Positions 28,661 to 37,292 of a stretch of DNA of 64,000 bases are shown here, one piece after another (position 1 is the first letter of the stretch; every line of letters begins with the position of its first letter). A model generated the notes under the pieces. The model did no database searches and was not told where the DNA came from. It saw only the letters and a program-made list of their open reading frames with translations. The translations under genes and the position numbers were made by a program. The DNA comes from an uncultured virus (IMG/VR IMGVR_UViG_3300042484_000728) (Duplodnaviria > Heunggongvirae > Uroviricota > Caudoviricetes), in IMG/VR virus record IMGVR_UViG_3300042484_000728, one strand, 5' to 3'.

Positions 28661-28875
28661 TCTTAGATAACGCCGATGTTGTGGCCTTGATTGAAGGCTA
28701 CGACAAGGACATAAGAGCCCTTAAAGATGATGCGTTGCGTATGTGTTGGTACATGCGTGGTGGGTTATCTTATGACGATAGTATGCTGTTAAGCAATACA
28801 GAAAAAGAAATCATCAACAAAATAGTAAAAGACAACTTAGAAACCACTCAAAAGAGTCATTTGCCATTCTTCTAA
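28645..28875 (+). CDS. gp51-like baseplate hub assembly segment, probably reached by -1 frameshift from gp26-like
   Basis: The track ORF (GTG 28681) has no SD. The frame is open back to the slippery T-TTT-TTC at 28639-28645. Contains 'WYMRGGLSY...L...E'. Confidence 0.6.
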   Translation, partial: RKRLLVLDNADVVALIEGYDKDIRALKDDALRMCWYMRGGLSYDDSMLLSNTEKEIINKIVKDNLETTQKSHLPFF

Positions 28876-28961
28876 TTAAGTAACCTTATTAATTCCATTG
28901 TATAAACTCTAAATAACTTACCCACTGTGCAAGCAGTGTTGGTATAACGGAGGTCCTATTA

Positions 28962-29195
28962 ATGGAAATCTTAGCAACAATTAAGAACTGGGCAGGCGCC
29001 CTTGCTGATACGATAGTTAGTGTTTTAGCTTTAGCTATCGTTCTAGAAGTATTATTCAAGGGAGCAGCTATCCCATTCTTACCAGCTACAGACGTTATTG
29101 GTGGTGTAACAGCGATTGTTAAATCATTAGGAGCAGAAGGTGTTGTTGGTTTAGTGGCAGTGTGGGTACTGTATTCAATTTGGAAAAACAAATAA
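28962..29195 (+). CDS. Small two-helix membrane protein (77 aa)
   Basis: GGAGG SD, two hydrophobic segments, basic C-terminus, and its own terminator. Confidence 0.75.
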   Translation: MEILATIKNWAGALADTIVSVLALAIVLEVLFKGAAIPFLPATDVIGGVTAIVKSLGAEGVVGLVAVWVLYSIWKNK

Positions 29196-29215
29196 TTAGT
29201 TTTTTCTGAGTTCTA

Positions 29216-29249
29216 GGAAGGGCATAGTCTAACAGCTATGTCCTTTTTT
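29216..29249 (+). terminator. Rho-independent terminator
   Basis: AAGGGCATAG-N8-CTATGTCCTT followed by TTTT. Confidence 0.8.
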
Positions 29250-29259
29250 GTTGTCTATT

Positions 29260-29715
29260 TGTTTAAGATGTCTTACGACATCTGCTTTATCGCTTTCGCT
29301 CTAAAGCCTTTTCTTCTATTCTTTATTAAGTTAATTTACTTTGAATTAATGTAAGCTCTTAAACGTTATCATCCAGATATCAGTCACAATTTACCTGTCC
29401 GAGGCAAATTGCAACCGCCGCATCATCCGAGTACTGCGTCACACTAACTATAAGAGATTGCTTTCAATAGCACGGAGGCGGTCAGCCTGTACCCCCTACT
29501 CTAGATTTCTCTGGCGGTAGCTCATACAGTCGTAGTTAGCCAACTGTCGTTTTGCTCCCAGGTCGATATGTTACGGAGCCTGGATCATTCGGCTTTTACA
29601 CCTATTGATATTGCCATTGCCGTCATGTGTGTAGTCTTATCTACACGTTCCACGTGCGGTACTTAAACGTAGCACGATCTCCTCATGACACAGATCACAT
29701 CTGCATTAGTGGCTG
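29260..29715 (-). ncRNA. Putative large structured non-coding RNA of unknown family
   Basis: The only long ORF-free gap in the window. GC-richer than its flanks, with many stems, GNRA loops on the minus strand and a possible pseudoknot (see findings). Confidence 0.55.
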
Positions 29716-29722
29716 TAATTTG

Positions 29723-30157
29723 TTACTTTGTAATTTTTAAATCTTTTACGGAATTTTTACCAAGTTTAAGTTGAATAATGCCGTTGTAGTTGTTTTCACG
29801 CAACAAGACATCCTCCTTAAATTGATAATAGGCTTCCAAGTAATTAGTTTCGCCTCTTGAGCTACACAAATGTATAATCTCACGAGTAAATTTCTCTTTG
29901 CCTAGTTGCTCAATATCTTCTATTAAGCGGTGTGATGAGCCCCAATAATCTTTCCAGTCTGTTTCTATGACTTCGTGTCGTTTATTTTTCTTGCCTTTTA
30001 GAGGTGGTCTCTTTTTGATGGTAGTAAAGTACTTGCGGCCAATATAATCATGACCATTTACTGTGTTTGTTATTCTATATATAAAGCCATAATAGGTTTG
30101 AATATCCTCAGAGTCAAATATTACACCATTGTACGTCCAAGGATATTCATATGCCAT
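29723..30157 (-). CDS. GIY-YIG endonuclease, catalytic domain only (T4 EndoII/Seg-like fold)
   Basis: 'GFIYRITN..NGHDYIGRK', 'YWGSS', 'FTREII', 'YLEAYYQ', 'YNG'. Confidence 0.85.
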   Translation of the reverse strand: MAYEYPWTYNGVIFDSEDIQTYYGFIYRITNTVNGHDYIGRKYFTTIKKRPPLKGKKNKRHEVIETDWKDYWGSSHRLIEDIEQLGKEKFTREIIHLCSSRGETNYLEAYYQFKEDVLLRENNYNGIIQLKLGKNSVKDLKITK

Positions 30158-30165
30158 AAGTCTAT

Positions 30166-30357
30166 TTATTTCGTTGTCTTAGCAGCATTTTTCTTCTCTT
30201 GAATTTCTGCACGACGAGCTTTAGTTAACTTGCCTAGGTCGCCTAAAGCGCCACGAGCACGTGTTCCTGCTGCGCCTACGCCTTTGCCTTCAAACTTCTC
30301 ATTTTCTGCTAGGTATGCATCATATGCTGCTACGATTTGTTCATGTGTTGTTGCCAT
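30166..30357 (-). CDS. Histone H1-like (Hc1 family) small basic protein
   Basis: 'ENEKFEGKGVGAAGTRARGAL..L.KL.K.RR' matches the Hc1-like pattern. AAGGAG SD. Confidence 0.75.
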   Translation of the reverse strand: MATTHEQIVAAYDAYLAENEKFEGKGVGAAGTRARGALGDLGKLTKARRAEIQEKKNAAKTTK

Positions 30358-30368
30358 TTTACTTCTCC

Positions 30369-30539
30369 TTAGTGTTGTAACATTGCTTGTTTACGAGCAA
30401 TTTCTTTTGAAATCTTTGCTTTGTTTTTCTTTTGTTGCGTTTTTTCTAACAGTGATGTTAGTTGCGTAACGTTAAGCGGACCTAATCTAGGTTTGCCTGT
30501 ACGTGTCTGCATAGGATTGCCTTTTTTCTTAACTGCCAT
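30369..30539 (-). CDS. Small basic protein (56 aa, MAVKKKGNPMQTRTGKPRLGPLN...)
   Basis: Read by hand (below the track's size cut-off): AAGGAG SD, ATG at 30539, TAA at 30369. It fills the gap between its neighbours exactly. Confidence 0.75.
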   Translation of the reverse strand: MAVKKKGNPMQTRTGKPRLGPLNVTQLTSLLEKTQQKKNKAKISKEIARKQAMLQH

Positions 30540-30548
30540 AACTACTCC

Positions 30549-31565
30549 TTACCATTCGGTTGCGTACTGCTGATTTACCACTGCTTTATTACATTTAGCC
30601 CTGCATTCGGACCTGGAGAAAATTTCAAACTCTTCACTCCAAAACTCGTCATTTAGAACATCATTTAACGATCTTTGATTAAGATCGAACCGATTCTTAC
30701 TTACATCTAACCACTCGTTGTTATGTGTGTATCTGTTTGCCACCCAACAACAAGGAAATAAATGCCCTTGACTGTTAATAAACAACCCTTTATTCCCAAT
30801 ACCACAAAGTGGGACTACGTCACCAAACGTAACCGCTTGGTTATATAATTTTAAATTAGTCTTACTACCTACAGTGCTTTCTCTACGCTCGTTAAACTGA
30901 GTAAGCACCCGTTGGAATCTATAGTTGCTACTAATTAATTCGTCTTTGGGCTGTAATTGATCGCCTTTAGGGTATATACTATATACTTTATTAAACTTTG
31001 TACTTAAAGTCAATTGAAATTGATCAAAGCCCAATTCTTTGGCTAATAGCTTCATATCATCTAGTTTATTTTCGTTAAACTTAAAAGCAATGGCATCCCA
31101 GGTCATGTAAACATGGCTACTATTACGCAATGTATTAACACCTTGTACGATGCTAGCCCAATCACTGTTGACACGGTACTGTTCGTTGCTGTCCTGATCC
31201 CACCCGTCCAGGCTAAAATGAATATGATCATCTTGATCTAACGTCTGTCCTAGTCTAGTCCACCAGTCTTCTTTTTTATAGCTACCATTAGTAACAATAA
31301 CAAACTTAACCGGTTTTATACTTTTAATATATTCAATTACAGCTATTAAGTCGTGCGCATAGATAGGGTCACCGTCGTCACCGCAAAACGTGATCTTTTC
31401 TACGTTGGATTCAATAAACTCTGGTGTAAAGTTCTTTTTAAAGAAATCTAAACTTAGTTCGGTATTGATTAAGGTATCGGGCATTTCCGTACGGGCACAG
31501 CGTAGACACTTTAATGTGCATTTACTAGATATCTCTATGTGCCAATGCCAGGTTGCTAGTTTCAT
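30549..31565 (-). CDS. Radical SAM protein with SPASM/twitch-like C-terminus
   Basis: CTLKCLRC (CxxxCxxC), 'GD.GDP', 'TNG', 'SLDG', and a C-terminal C...PCC...C..C. ATGA-coupled to gp46. Confidence 0.88.
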   Translation of the reverse strand: MKLATWHWHIEISSKCTLKCLRCARTEMPDTLINTELSLDFFKKNFTPEFIESNVEKITFCGDDGDPIYAHDLIAVIEYIKSIKPVKFVIVTNGSYKKEDWWTRLGQTLDQDDHIHFSLDGWDQDSNEQYRVNSDWASIVQGVNTLRNSSHVYMTWDAIAFKFNENKLDDMKLLAKELGFDQFQLTLSTKFNKVYSIYPKGDQLQPKDELISSNYRFQRVLTQFNERRESTVGSKTNLKLYNQAVTFGDVVPLCGIGNKGLFINSQGHLFPCCWVANRYTHNNEWLDVSKNRFDLNQRSLNDVLNDEFWSEEFEIFSRSECRAKCNKAVVNQQYATEW

Positions 31566-33334
31566 TTTACTTCTACATCGTTGTTATAGGTTGTAAACCC
31601 ATTCTCTTTTACTACTGTAAGGATATTGTTTACACGACCCGCTAGTTCATCTTTATGCGATACTAACCAAATAGATTTGTTATTTTCTCTAGTCATTTTC
31701 TTAAGGATAGCCAAGGCATTTTCAACACCTGAAGTATCCATACCTGAATCAACAAGCTCATCGATAAACAATAAGTTAATTGGTTGATACAAACTTTCCC
31801 ATACATCACGGAACGCCCATGATAAGCTAAGGATAAGTCTGTTACGTTCACCACGACTTAAGTTATCAAAATCTAACTCACGACCTAGTTCCTGTATTTC
31901 TACACTCAGATCGTTTAAGAACTTAACGCTATGCGGCAAACCAATCTTATCCAAGTAATAACCTAAGCGAGCATTTAAGTAGCTTAAGTTCTGATCAATA
32001 ATACGTTTACGTATAAACGAATCTTTATTTGTTAATAATTTTAGTAAGAATTCTTGATGCTCTTTAACACGCATCAGCTCATTCATTACGGTATAGTCAA
32101 TTTCAGCGAGTGCAGTAGTCTTCATTTCCTCAATCTGTTCATCGTAAGGATCAGTTTCTGCCATCTTGCTTACTAATTGCATTTGTAGACTGGCTACAGT
32201 ACTACGATGATGGATAGCGTCCTCTTCTTTATCGTAGAATACTTTTGGCTGTGAGCCTAGTTCACCTAGTTCTTTTCTAGTTGCTTGGAATAATTGCAGC
32301 TGTCCAAACAGTTCAATATATTGGTTGTGTGCTTCTGCTAAGGTGGCCCTCTTACCTGCTAAAACTTCTTCATGTTTATTATCGTGAAATGTTTGCCCAC
32401 AAGCATAACAAGTATGCGCTTCTAAGTCTGCAATTTCTTTTTCAGTCTTATCTACTAACTTTTGTTCTCTAACGCAATCTGCATCAGCACGCAGGATAGC
32501 TTTGTCTAAATCACTTAGATCTTTACGTTTTTGATTATAAGCAGTAAGGTCTTTGTGTGCTTGGATCTCACTATCGATATCAATTTCTAATAGGCTATCT
32601 AAAGCAGTTTGCAATTTTGTTGCGTCTTCTGCATGCTTGGTAGTCCACAAAGTTTGCCGACGTTTTAAGCTCTCAATTTGCTCCTGAATGCGACCATTTG
32701 CGTCAGTTATGGCCTTAATATTAAACTCTTCTTGCTGAATTGCATCCTTGGTAGCCTTGCCCTGCTCTTTAAGTGCATCGGCTTTTTCTGACAGCAGAGT
32801 AATACCAAGTAACTGCTCAATGATAGTGCGCTGATCGTTGGCTTTAAGACTTAAGAACGGTTCTGTATAAGTGTTAAGTGCCACAATGTGTTTGAACATG
32901 TCATGACTCATACCTAACAAGCGTTCGATTTCTGCTTGTGTTTCTCGACTATCGCCCTGACTATTGTCGTCTTTGGCTTCTTGTTCTTGATCACCTATGT
33001 AGAACTTTAATACGTTACTCTTGCGGCCACGCTCGATACGATAACTTTCACCGTTGACTTCAAAGTCAATGGTAACTAACATGCCTTTAGCATTAGTTTT
33101 ATTGATTAAGTTATCTTTCTTAATGTTAGTAAGAGCAGTACCATATAAGCCGTAGCTAAGTGCGTTAATGATAGTAGTTTTACCTGTACCATTACGTGCT
33201 CCGCTGTCATCGCCGCCTAGATCAATGTTTTCACCTAAAACTAACGTTAAGTCTTGACGATCAAACTCAACAGCCTGTGTAGCATTACCTACACTCATGA
33301 AGTTTTTAACTGTGAGATTTTTTATTTTGAACAT
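31562..33334 (-). CDS. gp46: Recombination nuclease ATPase subunit (Rad50/SbcC-like)
   Basis: Walker A NGTGKT, zinc hook CYAC, signature LSRGE, Walker B LLFIDE, and SHK. Confidence 0.93.
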   Translation of the reverse strand: MFKIKNLTVKNFMSVGNATQAVEFDRQDLTLVLGENIDLGGDDSGARNGTGKTTIINALSYGLYGTALTNIKKDNLINKTNAKGMLVTIDFEVNGESYRIERGRKSNVLKFYIGDQEQEAKDDNSQGDSRETQAEIERLLGMSHDMFKHIVALNTYTEPFLSLKANDQRTIIEQLLGITLLSEKADALKEQGKATKDAIQQEEFNIKAITDANGRIQEQIESLKRRQTLWTTKHAEDATKLQTALDSLLEIDIDSEIQAHKDLTAYNQKRKDLSDLDKAILRADADCVREQKLVDKTEKEIADLEAHTCYACGQTFHDNKHEEVLAGKRATLAEAHNQYIELFGQLQLFQATRKELGELGSQPKVFYDKEEDAIHHRSTVASLQMQLVSKMAETDPYDEQIEEMKTTALAEIDYTVMNELMRVKEHQEFLLKLLTNKDSFIRKRIIDQNLSYLNARLGYYLDKIGLPHSVKFLNDLSVEIQELGRELDFDNLSRGERNRLILSLSWAFRDVWESLYQPINLLFIDELVDSGMDTSGVENALAILKKMTRENNKSIWLVSHKDELAGRVNNILTVVKENGFTTYNNDVEVK

Positions 33335-34034
33335 GTTTGTATATTAATTCCGCTAAATGAGTATGTCCGTCTTCTAAAATATGTCCTACAGGACCACATT
33401 TAAATTGTGAACATAATTGTGTTATATAGAATTCATTCCATTTGTAAAACTTAGAAAAATCAATGATACTTATATAATACTGTATTTCTTTAAATTCATC
33501 AAATATTTGTTCGTCATTCATAATATCGAAGTTAATTAATGGTTTGACTGATTTAATAAATGATTCTTTATTAGTAGTCCATTGATTGATGTTATTATCC
33601 ATAGTATTAATCATAATATAATTCTTACTAGCAAGTAACGATTGTAACTGTATAATTTGTTGTAACCATAGTTTAAATGCATATAATTCATTGTACCAAT
33701 GTTTATATAACGTATTGCCCCAGTCTGCATAAAATTTTTTAGAAGAGTATAATGTATGTTTTAATTGCGGATTAAAATTCGTTTCGAAATTATTATCGTT
33801 CTTATAAAAAGTAAATCTAGAATAAGTAGTCCATGCAATTAAATACAGATCATAATTGTATTGCAGATTTTTTATAGTATGATAAACAGTTCTACTATTA
33901 GTTCCACCTGATACGGCATCATTGTCGATATTAGAATTTAATTTATCAGCTAATAACGCCGGCCATGCAGATCTATTCGGGTTAATTAATTCATCACCAT
34001 AAGTAAAACTACACCCACTTGCATAAATTCTCAT
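33306..34034 (-). CDS. SGNH/GDSL-hydrolase-like protein
   Basis: N-terminal 'GCSFTYG', 'NDAVSGGTN', C-terminal 'GH...GH...A'. Noticeably AT-rich. Confidence 0.55.
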   Translation of the reverse strand: MRIYASGCSFTYGDELINPNRSAWPALLADKLNSNIDNDAVSGGTNSRTVYHTIKNLQYNYDLYLIAWTTYSRFTFYKNDNNFETNFNPQLKHTLYSSKKFYADWGNTLYKHWYNELYAFKLWLQQIIQLQSLLASKNYIMINTMDNNINQWTTNKESFIKSVKPLINFDIMNDEQIFDEFKEIQYYISIIDFSKFYKWNEFYITQLCSQFKCGPVGHILEDGHTHLAELIYKHVQNKKSHS

Positions 34035-35047
34035 AGATGACGATAAATGTCTAACAATAGATTAGGATCGTAATGCTCGCTGTTAATATTTGTTAGCTGA
34101 TTAGTAACAATGGTATCGATGCTTTCAAATTGAATATTACCTAACTGTATGTCCTGCCCGATGTCCATGTTTTTAACAGGAATCAGTGTAAGCTCACGTA
34201 GGTTGTATGTGCCAACGAATGTTTCTTTAATAAACGTAGCTTCTTCGTAGGTAATGTCGATGTCAATATTAACACGGCAGTGCATGTTAGGTAATAACAA
34301 TGCCTCGGGCGTACGTAATACATCGCTTAGACCATAGACACGATACTTAGGTTGGTTAGGCCATGCTTTAAATACAGGATCCTGGCCCCAAGTAAGTATC
34401 ATCATACCACGGTCATCATCACCTGCATCTGCGTAGTTGTGCGGGAAAGCATTGCCAATGTAGGTAATGTTCTTGTTAGTCTGTCGTTTATGGAAGTGTC
34501 CACTAAACATATGATCAACATGCCCGAAGTGTTCACGACGTAGTTCGCCATGCTCGGGCATTTGCACCATAGCATTCATAAAAAAGTGTGGCAATTCAAA
34601 GTGGCCAAACATATACTTGGCATTGATTTTAGGAATCTTTTTATGATCGTCACCCACTAGCCAAGGCACAATACTAACATCACCTTCACTGTAGAAATCA
34701 TTTACAATTTCAATATTAGGAATGTGCCTAGCCCATTCAGCTGATTGTATATCACGCTTGTCACGATAATATAAGTCATGATTGCCTGGAATAAAGATAA
34801 CGCGGTCAAAGGCCTTGCCCAACAACTCTAAGGCTGTTAGGCTGTAGTTTAAAGTAACGATATTGATAGCGGCTCTGTTGTTATGCCAGTCGCCTAGCAT
34901 AAAGCAAGTATCGCACCCTTCTTCTTTTGCCTTAGAGATAAACCACTTAACAAAGTTTAAACAGTCATCATTGTGTAGTTGACTATTGCTTTTAAGGCCG
35001 AAATGCACATCTGTCAAAACGGCCGCCTTTTTAAATAAATTACTCAT
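34031..35047 (-). CDS. gp47: Recombination nuclease subunit (Mre11/SbcD-like)
   Basis: Metallophosphoesterase motifs DVH, GDWH, GNHD, GHF, SGHFH. Confidence 0.93.
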   Translation of the reverse strand: MSNLFKKAAVLTDVHFGLKSNSQLHNDDCLNFVKWFISKAKEEGCDTCFMLGDWHNNRAAINIVTLNYSLTALELLGKAFDRVIFIPGNHDLYYRDKRDIQSAEWARHIPNIEIVNDFYSEGDVSIVPWLVGDDHKKIPKINAKYMFGHFELPHFFMNAMVQMPEHGELRREHFGHVDHMFSGHFHKRQTNKNITYIGNAFPHNYADAGDDDRGMMILTWGQDPVFKAWPNQPKYRVYGLSDVLRTPEALLLPNMHCRVNIDIDITYEEATFIKETFVGTYNLRELTLIPVKNMDIGQDIQLGNIQFESIDTIVTNQLTNINSEHYDPNLLLDIYRHL

Positions 35048-35105
35048 TTGTTCCTTTTAACATATTAAGGTTATAGTTCAGTATACACGGATGCTCAGAC
35101 AGAAA

Positions 35106-35723
35106 TCAATTGATTTGGTAATCATTTTTAATACAGTATTCTGTCGGCTGAGTTTTTATTCGATAAGCAATAACATTTTTACCAAGTCCTAACTGTCGTT
35201 CGGCTTCTGCTTGAGATACAAAAATACCATACGGGGTAACTACATGTTTGCCTGCGTTCTTTCTAGCGTTAGTCCACCCTATTCCTTTTTTAATCCCAGT
35301 TAAGGCTTTTTTATGTTTGTCTGTTAACGATTTGCCTTTTTTAGCTTTAGATATATTTCTTGCCCATTCTTCTGTTCGGGGGATAACTATACCTTTTTTT
35401 GCGGCACTCATTCCTTCTTTTAATATCTGGTACCATCTCGCTGTTATTTTATATCTATGTTGATTTTTGGACGAACGAGTTAGCATAAAGGCAGCATGTG
35501 CCATTTTCCTCTGAGCTGTACCTGTTGTAAATCGTGCTAACAATAAATGACAGATGTAGTGTTCTCTTGCTGTAAGGACTGCGATATTGCTTAAACAATT
35601 ACTACCACCCAAACACCTAGGTATAATGTGATGCTTTTCGGTATACCCAGGTGTTTCCTTGCGCAGTTTAGCAGTCTTAATAATATTGAAATACCAGTTC
35701 AAATACTTACAATTAATAATCAT
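35106..35723 (-). CDS. Free-standing HNH homing endonuclease with NUMOD3-like repeats
   Basis: 'EKHHIIPRCLGGSN..SNIAVLTAREHYICHLLL' and a basic C-terminal 'ISKAKKGK' repeat. Late promoter at 35746-35752. Confidence 0.85.
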   Translation of the reverse strand: MIINCKYLNWYFNIIKTAKLRKETPGYTEKHHIIPRCLGGSNCLSNIAVLTAREHYICHLLLARFTTGTAQRKMAHAAFMLTRSSKNQHRYKITARWYQILKEGMSAAKKGIVIPRTEEWARNISKAKKGKSLTDKHKKALTGIKKGIGWTNARKNAGKHVVTPYGIFVSQAEAERQLGLGKNVIAYRIKTQPTEYCIKNDYQIN

Positions 35724-35764
35724 ATAAAACCTTTAAGTTGTATAGTATTTATTCATTTCTAAAA

Positions 35765-36668
35765 TTATTCGTCTGCTCCCCACCCGCCACCACCCCAATC
35801 TCCTTGTCTAGTATATGAGGGGGTATAATTATTAAGTTCAAGTATATCATCTCGAATGTTTTGATTACGTTTTTCAATATTTAGAACACGTGTAAAGCTA
35901 TTAGTAATAGCCGCTGTGTAATAGGCAAATGGATTCTGTGATTTAGCTTCATCAAACTGTAGGCCAATTTGACTTAACTGTAGTAATGCTTGACTGCGCA
36001 TTTCATCGTTGTAGGTATAACCACGCCAGTTACTACGAGTAGCATAGCGTTCACATAGCTTAATAAACATGTGTGCTAGTTTGTTGGTCATATTGCCATG
36101 ATCTTTGCTAAACTTGCCTTTTTCTAAATCGCCCTTCCAATGACTTTTGCCTACTAGATACGGTTTATTATCTGCATCAACTTTATAGTGTTGAAACGGA
36201 GGGAAATTACATTTAGTATACTTTGTTGCACCTTTAACTACTACAGGCTCGTCGTATTCTGTTTCAAAGTTATCTTCATCGGCTTCGTATTCTTCTTGTG
36301 CTTTAGCATCAGCTTTCTTTTGCTTTAATTCGTCAATTGGTATATGATCCCAGGTCATAACACGGAATACTACGTCTGTGCTTGGGGTATCTTTTAATGG
36401 ACTAGCATATTCGTCTAGTTTCTTTTTAATACCGTTTAGTAGATCTACTTCTTGTGCTTCTTTTGCCAACCGTTCTATACGTGAACTGCGAGCTTCTGCA
36501 ATGATTTTCTTAGTAATTTTGTCAGTACCGTAGATAATCATGTCGTAGTCTTTATAGCTAGGGTCTACATAACTACAAAATGTTGATTTACTTTTATGAA
36601 TTTCCTTTAGAATATCTTTATTATTTAAATAGTTGACTTTACGAATTTTGATTCCCCTTATTTTCATA
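35765..36668 (-). CDS. gp55: Late-transcription sigma factor, gp55-like (start uncertain: ATG 36668 or ATT 36646)
   Basis: 'NYLNNKD', 'NWRGYTYNDEM', 'FDEAKSQNPFAYYT..I.NSF.R....EK'. Lies upstream of gp47/gp46 as in T4-like phages. Confidence 0.85.
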
Positions 36669-37292
36669 TGCTGCTCTTCTGGCAGCAGACCAAGGTTTTC
36701 CTCGGTGCACCTTACCAATATTTTCTCTATGCTGATTGCTGAATGGCGCTTTGGGCTTTCCCATTAGTGTCTTGCTAATATGTTCCTTGTGTTCAGCGGA
36801 TAATGATCTACCTTTTGCTATGTTAGACATTTTTTCCTTAGTCTCTACTGATCGTTTCTTACCGCTATTTGCTGAACTAATTTTTTGTTTAGTCTCTGCA
36901 CTCAACGGAGTTCTTATTCTATTTTTTGCCGCTATAGATCTCTTTAATTTAGTTTCTAGAGACTCGTTTCTTTTAGCATACGCTAATTTTTCTCTAGTTG
37001 CAAGAGAAGGATTACTAATACCTTCTCCGCCATTGGTTCTATTATGTAAAATGCCGGCGCCTAAATCTTTTCTACCGTATTTTGTAATTAATTCTATTTC
37101 TAACTCGTGTGCCTGTTGTTCTGTTAAATTTTGTTTAATAAATGTGATATTCGATCTGTCTTTAGGAAGAGGAGCATAATGTTTAACATACGCTCTATTT
37201 CCGGTGCCTTTGCCTATATAATACGGTGTGCCTGATTTACCTGTGGAAGAATCTTTACTTCTAAGATAGGCATAAACATAAAAGTTCTGCAT
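36639..37292 (-). CDS. Free-standing GIY-YIG-like homing endonuclease with NUMOD3 repeats
   Basis: 'FYVYAYLR...PYYIGKG...R', 'E..LI..YGR', 'N.T.GGEG', and repeated 'S.ETK.K.S' motifs. TATAAATA at 37309-37316. Confidence 0.85.
   Translation of the reverse strand: MQNFYVYAYLRSKDSSTGKSGTPYYIGKGTGNRAYVKHYAPLPKDRSNITFIKQNLTEQQAHELEIELITKYGRKDLGAGILHNRTNGGEGISNPSLATREKLAYAKRNESLETKLKRSIAAKNRIRTPLSAETKQKISSANSGKKRSVETKEKMSNIAKGRSLSAEHKEHISKTLMGKPKAPFSNQHRENIGKVHRGKPWSAARRAAYENKGNQNS

Noticed and set aside
28889..29191. Minus-strand 100-aa ORF
   Set aside because: Antisense to the membrane-protein gene, which has the SD and terminator support.
29368..29442. CRISPR or TIGR-like array
   Set aside because: Only two imperfect repeat units, and no cas or Nop-domain gene in the window.
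29260..29715. Group I intron, RNase P RNA or tmRNA identity for the non-coding segment
   Set aside because: A P7-like pairing (GACUGUA/UAUAGUU) and a GGGGGUAC start are present, but there are no flanking exons, no GAGGAAAGUCC RNase P motif, and no T-arm/CCA end or tag ORF. I cannot assign a known family by eye.
36669..36718. Track start of gp55 at 36718
   Set aside because: It lies well inside the endonuclease ORF, and the duplicate MRKVNYLN at 37345 indicates where the conserved N-terminus begins.
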